From an uncultured Gemmatimonadaceae bacterium (lineage in GTDB: Bacteria > Gemmatimonadota > Gemmatimonadetes > Gemmatimonadales > Gemmatimonadaceae): DNA of 64,000 bases. Positions 9,330 through 19,932 of this stretch are shown here, piece by piece. The stretch is from positions 210,200-274,199 of the forward strand of contig CAWFQK010000003.1 of assembly GCA_963817955.1 (NCBI GenBank), read 5' to 3'. Below the pieces are notes generated by a model. That model worked only from the letters and a program-made list of their open reading frames with translations, was not told the DNA's origin and ran no database searches. Position 1 is the stretch's first letter. Each line of letters begins with the position of its first letter. A program made the translations under genes and the position numbers.

Positions 9330-10739
9330 CTACCCGATCGCCGTCTGCGCGGCTTCGAGTTGCGCGCGCACGGCACTCGGGCCGGTGCCGCCTTCCACCT
9401 CGCGCTGTTCCACCGATTGCAGGGCCGACAGTGCGTCAAATACGTCCTGCTCGAACAACGGATGCGCGCTGCAAAAGGCGGAGAGCGGTAGCGTGTGCAG
9501 TTCGAGCTTCTCTTCCTCGCATTGGCGAACGAGCCGGCCCACGGCGCCGTGTGCTTCTCGGAAGGTCGCACCCTTGCGAACGAGATAATCCGCCAAGTCC
9601 GTCGCCATCATCGTGCTCGACAGCGCCGCACGCATCCGCTGCGGCTTGAATTCGCACTCGTCGAGGGCTCCGGCAACAGCTGGGAGTACCAATAGGAGCG
9701 TGTCCACCGCGTCGAACAGCACGCGCTTGTCGTCCTGCAGATCCTTGTTGTAACTCGTTGGCAGACCCTTGAGCGTCGCCAGGAGCGCGGTCAGGTTGCC
9801 GAGCATACGCGCCGCGGACCCGCGCGCCAGCTCGAGCGCGTCGGGGTTCCGTTTTTGGGGCATCATGCTCGATCCTGACGTATACATGTCGCCAAACTGT
9901 ACGAAGCCGAACTCGCTTGAGCCGTAAATAATGAGATCTTCGGCGAGGCGCGACAGGTGCGTACCGATCATCGTCGCGGCGAACAGCAATTCAGCTACGA
10001 AGTCGCGATCGCTCACTGCGTCGATGGAGTTCGGTGAGATCGCACCAAAGCCCAGGCTACCCTGGAGAAGCACACGCGAGATCGGATAGGCGCACCCGGC
10101 CACCGCGCCGGAACCCAATGGCAGAACACCAGCGGTACGCTGCGCTGAACGCAGGCGTGCGCGATCGCGCTCGAGCGGCCAGAAGTGCGACAACATCCAG
10201 TGTGCGGCGGAAACCGGAATTGCGCGCTGCATGTGCGTGTACGACGGCATGATCGCGGTCTCGAGACCCTGGGCCTGATCGATCATCACCTGCTGTAGCG
10301 TGCGCACGGCCAAGTCGAGCCGAATGGCGGCTTCCATCGACCAGAGGCGTGTCGCGGTCGCGACCTGATCGTTGCGGCTGCGCCCTGTGTGGAGCTTTGA
10401 CGCGACGTCGCCGACCTCGGCGTGGAGCAGCCGATCGATGAGTGTATGCACGTCTTCGTCGCCGTCGCCTGGCCGCTCACCGGCCGCGAGTCGCGCACCG
10501 ACGGCGTCGAGACCGATCTCGATCTCGCTGCACTCTCCCAAAGTGAGCACGTCGGCCTTGTACAGCGCCATCGCCCACGCTTTGGAGAGCCGGATGTCGT
10601 ATGGCCACAGGCGAAAGTCGATGTCGATGGAGTTGTTCAGTGCGTCGAACTCCGGGGCAGGACCGCCAGAAAACCGGCCGCCCCAGAGCTTGTGCGACTT
10701 TCCCGACAACAGGGGGCGGGACGCAGCGGCGGCCGTCAC
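9330..10739 (-). CDS. argH: Argininosuccinate lyase
   Basis: [27 protein letters not shown] signature. Confidence 0.97.
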   Translation of the reverse strand: MTAAAASRPLLSGKSHKLWGGRFSGGPAPEFDALNNSIDIDFRLWPYDIRLSKAWAMALYKADVLTLGECSEIEIGLDAVGARLAAGERPGDGDEDVHTLIDRLLHAEVGDVASKLHTGRSRNDQVATATRLWSMEAAIRLDLAVRTLQQVMIDQAQGLETAIMPSYTHMQRAIPVSAAHWMLSHFWPLERDRARLRSAQRTAGVLPLGSGAVAGCAYPISRVLLQGSLGFGAISPNSIDAVSDRDFVAELLFAATMIGTHLSRLAEDLIIYGSSEFGFVQFGDMYTSGSSMMPQKRNPDALELARGSAARMLGNLTALLATLKGLPTSYNKDLQDDKRVLFDAVDTLLLVLPAVAGALDECEFKPQRMRAALSSTMMATDLADYLVRKGATFREAHGAVGRLVRQCEEEKLELHTLPLSAFCSAHPLFEQDVFDALSALQSVEQREVEGGTGPSAVRAQLEAAQTAIG

Positions 10740-12004
10740 GCGATCTGCAGTGCTGGTGCTTCCTGCGCTTCCTTCCTTAATGGTGTCGCCGGCGCCAGCC
10801 CCATCTCCTGATCCTTGAGCGCCCGGACGCGCGCCGGCAGCGCGAAGAGGCGGATGAAGCCTGCAGCGTCGCTCTGCTGATACACGTCGTCCTCACCGAA
10901 TGTGACGAACCGTTCGTCGTACAACGCATGCACGCTCTCCCGACCGATGACCTGCAGGGAGCCCTTGAACAGGCGGAGCGTGACCGTGCCAGTGATCCGC
11001 TCCTGGGTGATGTTGACGAAGGCGTCGTACGCTTCGCGTTCGGTCGTCCACCAGCGGCCCTCATAGACGAGATCCGCATAACGTGGCGCGATCATGTCTT
11101 TGGCCGCGAGCGTGCGGCGATCGAGTACGAGCTGCTCGAGCTCCGAATGCGCGGCGTAGAGCAATGCTCCACCCGGTGTCTCGTACACGCCGCGGCTCTT
11201 CATGCCGACCATACGATCTTCGACCAGGTCAACGACGCCGACACCGTGCTTGCCGCCAATGCCGTTGAGCGCGGCAATGAGATCGACCGCGCCAAAACGG
11301 GCGCCGTTCACCGAGACCGGCGTGCCCTTTTCGAAGCCGATCACGACCTTCTCCGGCGAGTCCGGCGCATCGGTGACGTTCCGCGTGAGCATGAGCAGAT
11401 CGTCCGGGGGCGCGTTGTTCGGATCCTCGAGCACGCCGCCTTCATGCGACAAATGCCAGAGGTTCGCGTCACGGGAATAGATCTTCTGGCGTGTGGCCGT
11501 GATAGGAATGCCACGCGCTTCAGCGTACGCAATAGCGTCCTCGCGGCTCCGGATGTCCCACTCACGCCAAGGCGCGATGACGGGTAGGTCGGGAGCAAAG
11601 GCAGCGAAAGTCATCTCGAAGCGCACCTGATCGTTACCCTTGCCCGTGCATCCGTGGGCAAGCGCATCCGCACCAACCTGGCGGGCGACCTCCACCTGCC
11701 GCCGAGCAATGAGCGGGCGGGCCATGGAGGTGCCGAGCAGGTATTTGCGGTTGTAGATCGCCCCAGCGCGGAGCGTGGGGTAGATGAAGTCTTCGACGAA
11801 CTCCTCGCGGAGGTCTTCGACGAAACAGTCGTCGGCGCCGGACGCGATGGCCTTGGCGCGCACGCCGGCCAGCTCCTCGCTGCCCTGCCCGATATCGGCG
11901 GCAACGCAGATGACGCGGGCCCCACCATAGTTCTCCTTGAGCCAGGGAACGATGATGGAGGTATCAAGACCGCCAGAATAGGCGAGGACGATCGTGCGAA
12001 ACAT
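10736..12004 (-). CDS. argG: Argininosuccinate synthase
   Basis: [33 protein letters not shown]. Confidence 0.98.
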   Translation of the reverse strand: MFRTIVLAYSGGLDTSIIVPWLKENYGGARVICVAADIGQGSEELAGVRAKAIASGADDCFVEDLREEFVEDFIYPTLRAGAIYNRKYLLGTSMARPLIARRQVEVARQVGADALAHGCTGKGNDQVRFEMTFAAFAPDLPVIAPWREWDIRSREDAIAYAEARGIPITATRQKIYSRDANLWHLSHEGGVLEDPNNAPPDDLLMLTRNVTDAPDSPEKVVIGFEKGTPVSVNGARFGAVDLIAALNGIGGKHGVGVVDLVEDRMVGMKSRGVYETPGGALLYAAHSELEQLVLDRRTLAAKDMIAPRYADLVYEGRWWTTEREAYDAFVNITQERITGTVTLRLFKGSLQVIGRESVHALYDERFVTFGEDDVYQQSDAAGFIRLFALPARVRALKDQEMGLAPATPLRKEAQEAPALQIA

Positions 12005-12017
12005 GGGCGCTCCTTAG

Positions 12018-12056
12018 CATGCACTGTTATGCAACCGGAACGCATATTTAATCACA
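12018..12056. promoter_or_regulatory. Tandem ARG boxes upstream of argG
   Basis: caTGCACtgttATGCAac (12018-35), 3-bp spacer, aaCGCATatttAATCAca (12039-56); matches TGMAT-W4-ATKCA with the canonical 3-bp spacing. Confidence 0.75.
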
Positions 12057-12116
12057 ATTTGCCCGCCCGTCAATCCTTAATTCAGTGTTGCGGGTTCATC
12101 CAGGCTGCCAACGCCG

Positions 12117-12575
12117 TCATTTGCCGTGCGACAGGCGCACCAGGCGATCGATGAGCGTTTGGCGAGCCTCGGCAGACCGGCAGACAATGAGTACGGTGTT
12201 CTCGCCAGCCAACGTGCCGATGATCTCTGGCCATCCCTGCGAGTCAATGGCCTCGGCAATCGGTTGTGCGCCACTGGGAAGGGTGTGAAGGACGACGAGT
12301 TCACCGACGCCATCCACGCGCGAGAATAATTGTGGTAACAGCATGCCAAGAGCCGGCTTAGACTCGTCGGACACCATCTCCGGCAGCATGTAGCGAGAGC
12401 CGTCTTCGCCCGGCGCTCGCACCACACCAAGGTCGCGTAAGTCGCGCGATAATGTCGCCTGGGTCACGATCAGCCCACGGGCCGCAAGGAGCTGCTTCAG
12501 CTCCTCCTGGCTCGCCACATGGTGACCGCTCACGAGCTGAACGATCGCGTTCTGGCGCGCTTCCTTGTTGCTCAT
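12117..12575 (-). CDS. argR: Arginine repressor
   Basis: SQEEL, TQATLSRDL (wHTH), GTLAGENT C-terminal domain. Confidence 0.95.
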   Translation of the reverse strand: MSNKEARQNAIVQLVSGHHVASQEELKQLLAARGLIVTQATLSRDLRDLGVVRAPGEDGSRYMLPEMVSDESKPALGMLLPQLFSRVDGVGELVVLHTLPSGAQPIAEAIDSQGWPEIIGTLAGENTVLIVCRSAEARQTLIDRLVRLSHGK

Positions 12576-12649
12576 CGATGGTTCGGTATCAATAGCACCG
12601 GAATTGGCCACAGGCGGCCTCTGAGTGATCGTGGGATTGACTTCGGAGC

Positions 12650-12688
12650 GGTGAATTATTATGCATCACGTGTGAATATAATACCGAT
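12650..12688. promoter_or_regulatory. Tandem ARG boxes at the argC/argR divergent promoter
   Basis: ggTGAATtattATGCAtc (12650-67), 3-bp spacer, weaker tgTGAATataaTACCGat overlapping the argC start; TTGACT at 12637. Confidence 0.8.
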
Positions 12689-13631
12689 CGGGGTGCTCGG
12701 GGCCAGCGGTTATGCCGGCCGCGAGCTCTGCGCACTCATTCATCGCCACCCGGCGCTTTCGCTCGCCTTTGCCACGGCGAACGACCAACGCGGCAGCTCC
12801 GCCCGCCTCGGCGGACGGGACGTAACGTTCGTCGCGCCCGATGATGTCAATCTGAGTGACGCCGAACTCGTGTTCAGTGCCCTGCCGCATGGTGCATCCA
12901 TGGAATGGGTTCAGCGTGCGCAAGCGGCCGGTGTCCGCGTGGTTGATCTATCGGTAGACCTGCGTCCCGGCAATGGGTGCCAGGGTTTCGCCTACGGTCT
13001 CACGGAACTCAACCGGGAGTTGGTGAAAGGCGCCAGTGTCGTCGCCAATCCAGGGTGCTATCCCACGTCCATCCTCATGGCGCTGGCACCCCTGGTGGAG
13101 CGCGGACTCGTCGCCGACGGTGGGACGATCATCGCCAACTCCGCAAGCGGTGTGACGGGTGCCGGCAACTCGCCGAAACGCGAGCTGCTGTTCGCCGAGG
13201 TGGCGGACGACTACCGCGCGTACGGCATTGGCAACACGCACCGCCACCTGAAGGAAATGCGGGCGACGCTCGACAGCTGGGGCTCTCCGGCAGATCTGGT
13301 TTTCACGCCGCACCTGCTGCCAGTCGCGCGCGGCATCCTGTCATCGATCACCGTGCCGCTCACCAGAGCACTCCCCGACGCGCTCGAGCCATGGCGGGCC
13401 GCGTTTGCCAATGAGCCTTGCATTGAGATCACGGATTGCACGCCGTCTCTCAAGGACGTGGCCCACCGGAACATTGTCCGCATTTCGGCGACCATGGTGG
13501 CTGGAACGCGCGCGCCGATGCTGCTCGTGACCTCGGCGATCGACAATCTGATGAAAGGCGCTGCCGGACAGGCGGTTCAGAACGCGAACCTCATGCTGGG
13601 TCTCGACGAAACCCTCGGGCTGCCGTTATGA
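12672..13631 (+). CDS. argC: N-acetyl-gamma-glutamyl-phosphate reductase
   Basis: GASGYAG, ALPHG, NPGCY, SGVTGAG, DNLMKGAAGQAVQN; GTG start at 12672. Confidence 0.96.
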   Translation: MNIIPIGVLGASGYAGRELCALIHRHPALSLAFATANDQRGSSARLGGRDVTFVAPDDVNLSDAELVFSALPHGASMEWVQRAQAAGVRVVDLSVDLRPGNGCQGFAYGLTELNRELVKGASVVANPGCYPTSILMALAPLVERGLVADGGTIIANSASGVTGAGNSPKRELLFAEVADDYRAYGIGNTHRHLKEMRATLDSWGSPADLVFTPHLLPVARGILSSITVPLTRALPDALEPWRAAFANEPCIEITDCTPSLKDVAHRNIVRISATMVAGTRAPMLLVTSAIDNLMKGAAGQAVQNANLMLGLDETLGLPL

Positions 13632-14386
13632 CGCGCGTCATCAAGGTCGGTGGCCGGCCGCAGAGCAATCCCACGTTATCGGCGACGCTTGCCGCGGTCA
13701 GTCGTACGAATGGGGGCGTCGTGCTCGTGCATGGCGGTGGAGATGAAGTGACCACGCTGCAATCGATCCTTGGCGGGAGCACGACGTTCGTGAACGGCCG
13801 TCGCGTGACAACCGAGAAAGACATAGAGATCCTTCGGATGGCGCTCTCGGGAAGCGCGAACAAGCGGCTCGTCTCGTCGCTCATCACGAGCGGTGTTTCG
13901 GCGGTGGGCGTGTCCGGCGAGGACGCCGCGCTGATTGGCGCCTTGCCGATGGACGCTGAACGGCTCGGCCATGTCGGTACGCCGGCGTCGATCAACGTCA
14001 CGTTCCTGAGGCACCTGCTCGCCGGTGGATATCTGCCGGTGATCTCGCCCGTCAGCCGCGGCGCGAGTGGCACTCCAAACGCGGCCCTGAATGTGAACGG
14101 GGACGATGCCGCCGCGGCAATCGCCGTGGCGCTGGAAGCGACTGAGCTGCTGCTCGTGGCCGATGTGGAAGGGGTCATGCGAGATGGCGTGGTGATCCGC
14201 TCGCTCACCCCGGACGGGGTGCACGAGCTGATCGCGGACGGAACGGCCGCGGGCGGTATGCATGCCAAGCTGCAGGCGGCGTTGACGGCGGTGGCGGGCG
14301 GAGTCCGGCGCGTGCGCATCTCGGATATCGCGGCGATCTCAGACGCCGATCGTGGAACGGTATTGCAGCCCATTGGAGAATTGTGA
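13628..14386 (+). CDS. argB: Acetylglutamate kinase
   Basis: VIKVGG, VHGGG, GRRVT, LNVNGD, GGM..K; ATGA overlap with argC. Confidence 0.95.
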   Translation: MTRVIKVGGRPQSNPTLSATLAAVSRTNGGVVLVHGGGDEVTTLQSILGGSTTFVNGRRVTTEKDIEILRMALSGSANKRLVSSLITSGVSAVGVSGEDAALIGALPMDAERLGHVGTPASINVTFLRHLLAGGYLPVISPVSRGASGTPNAALNVNGDDAAAAIAVALEATELLLVADVEGVMRDGVVIRSLTPDGVHELIADGTAAGGMHAKLQAALTAVAGGVRRVRISDIAAISDADRGTVLQPIGEL

Positions 14387-15609
14387 TGACTATTTCACTC
14401 GAGTCGGCAGGCGTGGCGAGCGACGCGACGAGCACGACGGCCGCCGCCGGCGTCTCGCCGGCGGATGCGCTGCTCGGCACCTACAAGAGAGCGCCCGTTC
14501 AGTTTGTGCGCGGAGAAGGCGTGTATCTCACGGACGCCACCGACAAGCGCTACCTGGATTTCGTGAGCGGTATCGCGGTCAATGCGCTTGGCTATGGCGA
14601 CCCGGGCCTCCGCGCCGCGATGCACGCCGCAACCGACGGCCTGATCCACGTGTCGAACCTGTACGCAACCGAACCCGGCGAGCGCCTCGCCGCCACGCTC
14701 GTGGCGAAATCGTTCGCGGACAAGGCGTTCTTCTGCAACTCCGGCGCTGAGGCGAACGAAGGCGCGTTCAAGTTCGCACGTCGCTGGGCAGGCACGCGGG
14801 CCGATGCCAAGCACGAGATCGTTTCCCTGCGCGGAGCATTTCACGGCCGCCTCTTCGGCACCCTCGCGGCCACCGACCGGCCCTCGTATCGCGCGCCCTT
14901 CCAGCCGCTCGCCGGTGGCATCAGTATCGTCGAACGTGACATTGAAGACATCGCAAGCGCACTGAATTCCGAGACGACTGCGGCGCTCATTCTCGAGCCG
15001 GTGCAGGGCGAAGGCGGCGTGCGCGTGCTCGACGCCGGCTTTGTTCGCGAAGTGCGCGCGTTGACCAAGGAGCGCGACGTCGCGCTGATCCTCGACGAGA
15101 TCCAATGCGGCCTCGGCCGAACCGGGACGCTGTTCGCCTACGAGCAGTTCGGTGTCGAGCCAGACATCCTTACGCTCGCGAAGCCGATTGCCGGTGGTTT
15201 GCCGATGGGTGCGATTCTCATCACGCAAGCAATTGCCGACACGATCAAGCCTGGCGACCACGGTACCACATTCGGCGGCGGCCCGTTCGTGGCGTCGGTG
15301 GCGAACTACGTGGTCGGGCGCCTGTCCGACCCGGCACTCCTCCGCCACGTACACGACAACGGCCTCTGGTTTGGCAAGCAGCTGCAGGACATCGCACACC
15401 GCACCGGTCGCATTCGTGCTGTGCGTGGCCTGGGATACATTTGGGGAATTGACGTCATGGGCACTGCGTCGCACGTCGTGAACGAAGCCTTCGCGGCCGG
15501 ACTGCTCACCTGCGCGGCCGGCGATTACACCGTGCGTCTGCTGCCGCCGCTCGTCGCGACGCGCGATGAGCTCGCCCTCGGTCTCGGGATCCTCGAAGAG
15601 ATCCTCTGA
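14383..15609 (+). CDS. argD: Acetylornithine aminotransferase
   Basis: NSGAEANE, FHGR, EPVQGEGG, DEIQCG, LAK (PLP lysine), HGTTFGG. Confidence 0.95.
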   Translation: MMTISLESAGVASDATSTTAAAGVSPADALLGTYKRAPVQFVRGEGVYLTDATDKRYLDFVSGIAVNALGYGDPGLRAAMHAATDGLIHVSNLYATEPGERLAATLVAKSFADKAFFCNSGAEANEGAFKFARRWAGTRADAKHEIVSLRGAFHGRLFGTLAATDRPSYRAPFQPLAGGISIVERDIEDIASALNSETTAALILEPVQGEGGVRVLDAGFVREVRALTKERDVALILDEIQCGLGRTGTLFAYEQFGVEPDILTLAKPIAGGLPMGAILITQAIADTIKPGDHGTTFGGGPFVASVANYVVGRLSDPALLRHVHDNGLWFGKQLQDIAHRTGRIRAVRGLGYIWGIDVMGTASHVVNEAFAAGLLTCAAGDYTVRLLPPLVATRDELALGLGILEEIL

Positions 15610-16100
15610 TGACGGCCGATGTCGTCATCCGGCGCGCACGCCCGTCGGATGCGGAGGCGATCGCCCGCCTGATCGCGGTATTCGCGGCCGAAGCGCTGAT
15701 GCTTCGCCGTACGCCCGAGATGGTGGCGCTGGCGATCGACGATTACGTATTGGGCGTGAACCCCAACGGCGACATCGTGGCGTGCGGCGCACTCAAGGAG
15801 TACTCGCCTTCGGTCGCGGAGGTCGCGGCGATCGCCGTGTCGCGTGACGTGCACGGCTGCGGGGTCGGCAAGGCAATCGTGAGCGCGGTAGAAGACCTGG
15901 CGCTCAAGCGCGGCATCTACGATGTCTTTGCGCTCACGTTGCAGCCGGCATTTTTTTCGGCGATCGGCTACCAACGCGTTGATCGGGCGCGCTATCCGGA
16001 GAAGATCCGGCGCGACTGCCTGTCGTGTACGCGGCGCTTTGCCTGCAACGAGATCTGCTTCGCGAAGAATCTTCAGTTACAGGCAATGGCAGCCGCATAG
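15609..16100 (+). CDS. argA: Short GNAT-type N-acetylglutamate synthase
   Basis: GNAT fold, PEKI..DC..C....CNE C-terminal motif typical of short ArgA; sits at the end of argCBD. Confidence 0.8.
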   Translation: MTADVVIRRARPSDAEAIARLIAVFAAEALMLRRTPEMVALAIDDYVLGVNPNGDIVACGALKEYSPSVAEVAAIAVSRDVHGCGVGKAIVSAVEDLALKRGIYDVFALTLQPAFFSAIGYQRVDRARYPEKIRRDCLSCTRRFACNEICFAKNLQLQAMAAA

Positions 16101-16159
16101 GCCTGCTCGTTGCTGGCTGCTCGCTATGGTCAAGATTCGAACTTGATAGATTCTGAGGA

Positions 16160-16774
16160 ATGAAACGTCCGAAGCACACTGTTGGGCTGCGCGGACTTCC
16201 TCAGGCGTTCGACGAGGTCCGGTTTGGTGCGAAGCGCACGTTGAATCTGCGCGAGTCGCTACCGACCGCGGCCGACGCGTCGGCGCGCGCCGAGGCGTGG
16301 CTAAGGCAGCAACAAGTGGATCGCCCGGACGAAGTGCTGATCATCACTGGCCGCGGGAATCAGAGCGAAGGCGGTTACTCAGTGGTCCGCGAGGCGGTCA
16401 TTCGGTTGTTGTACAGCTTGAAGCGCAAAGGCGTCGTCGGCGGCCACCAGGAGCACACCGCTGGCTCGTTCGTCGTCACCCTTGCCCCCGTATCCGCCCT
16501 CTGGGAGTCGCCGAAGCGGAACAACGGGCGTGGAGTGGCCCCACCACCAGCGACACCGCCTTCGCTCGACGACCTCGATGGCGAGACGCAGGTGCTGCTG
16601 CGCAATCTCGCCGAGCGTGCACTTGAAGAGTTGGGTGTCAAGGACACCGCCGCGTTCCTGCATGGCGAAATGCTGAAACAATTCGGCGCACTCGCAGCCA
16701 CGGTCGGTAGCGCCCCGGGGCGCGAGGCGCGCCTTCGCGCTGCCGTCCGCGCCGCGCTCGACCAGCACGAATGA
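16160..16774 (+). CDS. Smr/MutS2-family domain protein
   Basis: TLNLR...A..WL...VLIITGRGNQS Smr motif. Confidence 0.75.
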   Translation: MKRPKHTVGLRGLPQAFDEVRFGAKRTLNLRESLPTAADASARAEAWLRQQQVDRPDEVLIITGRGNQSEGGYSVVREAVIRLLYSLKRKGVVGGHQEHTAGSFVVTLAPVSALWESPKRNNGRGVAPPPATPPSLDDLDGETQVLLRNLAERALEELGVKDTAAFLHGEMLKQFGALAATVGSAPGREARLRAAVRAALDQHE

Positions 16775-16830
16775 GCGATGTCCGTTCTTCCGCGGTAGGT
16801 TGTTTGTCTCACTTCCACACGGGTCTACAC

Positions 16831-18924
16831 GTGCACACACGCATTGCCCTGGCGTTGCTCGTCGGATTGAGCGCGTCCGCGTCGTCGCAGCAGATGGTGG
16901 GATACTCGGCCAATAGCGCCACCCGCGAACGCCAGATCGAAGCCGACGCCATCAAGCGTCCATCCCCGGCGAGTGCGGCGGCGCAGTCGAAAGTGCTGTC
17001 ACGCGAGACCCATGTTTCCGGTACGCCGGCGCAGGCTCGCACGCGCGATTATGTGATCGATCAAATGAAGAAGTGGGGAATCGACACAGAAGTGCGCACG
17101 TACGACGTCTGGATGCCGCATCCGACGTCGGTGCACGTGTCGCGCGTGTCGCCCCAGCCCAAAGAGTTTGCTCTCGCCGAGCCGCCTGTTGCCAGTGATC
17201 CCACGTCGAAACTGGCACAGTACCCGACAGTCAACGGCTACAGTGGGGAAGGCGACGTCACTGCCGATGTCGTGTATGTGAACTACGGCCTCATCGAGGA
17301 TTATGCGCAGCTCGACTCGATGGGCGTGTCGGTAAAAGGGAAGATTGCCATTGCGCGCTACGGTCGCTCGTTCCGCGGCATCAAGGCGCGGGAAGCGGAG
17401 AAGCATGGCGCCCTCGGCCTGATCATCTATAGCGATCCGCAGGACGATGGATACGTCGCAGGCGATGTGTATCCTGACGGGCCGATGCGCAACAGCAATG
17501 GCGTCCAGCGCGGAAGCGTTCTCAACATCGACGGAGATCCTTCGACTCCCGGGTACGGCAGCACCGCCGGCGTCCCCCGACTGACGCCCGACAAGATGGA
17601 GATCCCGCACATCCCGGTCGTCCCGATCAGCTACGGCAATGCCAGCGAGCTGCTGAAGTACCTAAAAGGAAAGGACGTGCCGCGGGGGTGGCAGGGCGGC
17701 TTGCCCTTTCACTACCATGCCGGTCCCGGGCCGGTGCGTGCGCGCGTCGCCGTGAAGGATGATCGGGCAACCAAGGCGATGAAGCCAATCTACGACACGT
17801 TCGGAATCGTGCGGGGCAGCGAGTTCCCGAACGAGCTGGTCATCATCGGGGGGCATCGCGATGCCTGGGGTCCCGGCGCGGCCGATAACGTCAGCGGCAC
17901 CGTGAGCATTCTCGAAGCAGCGCGCGCGGTGGCTGAAGGACTCAAGGCCGGCATTCGGCCCAAGCGGACGATCATCTTTGCGACATGGGATGCCGAAGAG
18001 TGGGGTCTGCTTGGTTCCACGGAATTCGTCGAAGACGATTCGTTGCGACTGAGCCGTGATGCGGTGGTCTACTTCAACCAGGACGTTGCCGCGCAGGGCG
18101 CGCGCTTCAGCGGCGGGGGTTCGCCGTCGCTACGCGCGACACTTCGCGACGTCGCCCGCACCGTGCCCGATCCGAACGGAAAGGGCAGTGTGTACGGCGA
18201 ATGGCGCCGCGCAACCGCGGTCGCGGATACAGCGGAACCGGCGATGGGAGATCCGGGCGGCGGTTCGGATTTCGCCGGGTTCTACAATCACCTTGGCATT
18301 CCGATCGCGGAGTGGGGCTTCGGCGGCCCGGGCGGAGTGTACCACTCGCAGTACGACAGCTACACATGGATCTCCAAGTTCGGTGATCCCGGCTTCCTGT
18401 ACCATGCTGCCGCGGCCCGTGTTGGCACGGCAATGCTTCTGCGGATCGCGAACGCCGACGTGCTGCCATTCGACTACGTGGAATACGCGCGCACCATGCG
18501 TCGCTATCTGCCCGGCATTGACCGGGCCGTGGCGACGCATCACTGGAATGCGCCGACGACTGCGCTCGGTCTGGCGATCGATCGGCTGGAGCGAGAGGGC
18601 GCCGCGTTCGGCAGCGCGCGCGATTCGGCGCTCGCGGGCTCGGTGACGACGACGGCGCTCCAACAAACGAATCACGCGCTCATGCAGGTGGAACGAGCGC
18701 TCGTTCGGTCGGAAGGGCTGCGCACGCGGCCCTGGTTTCGCAACCTGATCTACGTGGCCGACGAAAATAACGGATACGCGAACATGGTCTTGCCGTCGAT
18801 CAACGAAGCGATTCGCGGCAACGACGAAGCGCTGACGCGGAGTGAAATCGCGGACCTGGCTGGCCGCTTCGATCGCGCGGCGCAAACACTGGTTACGGCG
18901 CGTGAGGCGCTGCGGGTCCACTAG
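16831..18924 (+). CDS. M28 glutamate carboxypeptidase II-like peptidase (PA and TfR-like dimerisation domains)
   Basis: Signal peptide, VYVNYG, GGHRDAW, GAADN, WDAEEWG, GSDF, YHS.YD. Confidence 0.92.
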   Translation: MHTRIALALLVGLSASASSQQMVGYSANSATRERQIEADAIKRPSPASAAAQSKVLSRETHVSGTPAQARTRDYVIDQMKKWGIDTEVRTYDVWMPHPTSVHVSRVSPQPKEFALAEPPVASDPTSKLAQYPTVNGYSGEGDVTADVVYVNYGLIEDYAQLDSMGVSVKGKIAIARYGRSFRGIKAREAEKHGALGLIIYSDPQDDGYVAGDVYPDGPMRNSNGVQRGSVLNIDGDPSTPGYGSTAGVPRLTPDKMEIPHIPVVPISYGNASELLKYLKGKDVPRGWQGGLPFHYHAGPGPVRARVAVKDDRATKAMKPIYDTFGIVRGSEFPNELVIIGGHRDAWGPGAADNVSGTVSILEAARAVAEGLKAGIRPKRTIIFATWDAEEWGLLGSTEFVEDDSLRLSRDAVVYFNQDVAAQGARFSGGGSPSLRATLRDVARTVPDPNGKGSVYGEWRRATAVADTAEPAMGDPGGGSDFAGFYNHLGIPIAEWGFGGPGGVYHSQYDSYTWISKFGDPGFLYHAAAARVGTAMLLRIANADVLPFDYVEYARTMRRYLPGIDRAVATHHWNAPTTALGLAIDRLEREGAAFGSARDSALAGSVTTTALQQTNHALMQVERALVRSEGLRTRPWFRNLIYVADENNGYANMVLPSINEAIRGNDEALTRSEIADLAGRFDRAAQTLVTAREALRVH

Positions 18925-19086
18925 CACGTTGCGGTAGGCACAACCGAGCCGGACCGTGTGGCGGGGCTCCGCGTCCAGCGAAGCTCCGCCACTGATCGCC
19001 GATCAGCGAACTGTCAAGCGCGGCCCGGACATTGCAACCGCGAAATACGGGTTGCGGATGTGAGGATGGTTGTGAGGGAGACAAAC

Positions 19087-19803
19087 ATGGGATTCACGCG
19101 GCTGACCGACAGCGAGCGTGAAGCGCTCGCGGCGTACGCGGCACGCGCGTCATGGCCTGCCGGTTTCGCGATCTACCAGCGCGGGGCCGCCGCCGATGGC
19201 GTATTCGTGGTGACCGGCGGCCGTGTCGTGCTGCGGAGCCGAGTACGCGCAGGTCGCGGATTCGTTCCATGGATCGCGATGCCCGGTGAGACCTTTGGGT
19301 CCGAAGGGCTGTCGCAGAACAACCGCTATGCCACGGACGCGCGCGCTGATGAGGAAAGTGAAACTTTGTTTCTCAGTGCCGCACGCTTCCGAGCGTTCGT
19401 GCGCGAGCAGCCGCAACATTCGCTCACCCTGATCAACCAGCTGATGGCGGAGCGGACGGCGCTGCTCGACAGACTCCGTGAGCTCACCACGTTGAGCGTC
19501 GAGCAGCGGCTCGTCGCGACGCTCGTTCGCATGGCCGACCACGACATCTTCACGTGCGAGGATGGTCGGGTCACGCTCTGTGCCACGCGCTACCGGCTGT
19601 TGTGCGAGCTGGTCGGCGCCACGCGTGAGTCGGTGTCTCTGGTGCTCGGGCGGCTGACAGGCGAAGGGCTGGTCGAGCGAAAGGGCACGACGCTGATCAT
19701 TGCCCGGCCGGCGCAGCTTGTCGAGCGCATGGAGCTCGGGGCACTCGATAACGAGCTGCAATTTCCGGCGATCGCCGACGGAGCCGAGCAGGCGCTCCAG
19801 TAG
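19087..19803 (+). CDS. Crp/Fnr family transcriptional regulator
   Basis: cNMP-binding beta-roll (PGETFG), VEQRL, HTH ELVGATRESVS. Confidence 0.88.
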   Translation: MGFTRLTDSEREALAAYAARASWPAGFAIYQRGAAADGVFVVTGGRVVLRSRVRAGRGFVPWIAMPGETFGSEGLSQNNRYATDARADEESETLFLSAARFRAFVREQPQHSLTLINQLMAERTALLDRLRELTTLSVEQRLVATLVRMADHDIFTCEDGRVTLCATRYRLLCELVGATRESVSLVLGRLTGEGLVERKGTTLIIARPAQLVERMELGALDNELQFPAIADGAEQALQ

Positions 19804-19932
19804 GCAACGGACCAGCGGCTCGTGCGCGCCCATTCGCCTCGGCGAATGGGCGTACGTATTTTCGTACATGATGAAAGCACATCCCGCCGCGGCATTCGCG
19901 GCTCGTCGTCGTTCACCTGGCTGCAGCGGCTG

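Noticed and set aside
16831..18924. M28 peptidase as substitute for the missing ArgE
   Set aside because: It has a signal peptide and GCPII architecture; ArgE is a cytoplasmic M20 enzyme.
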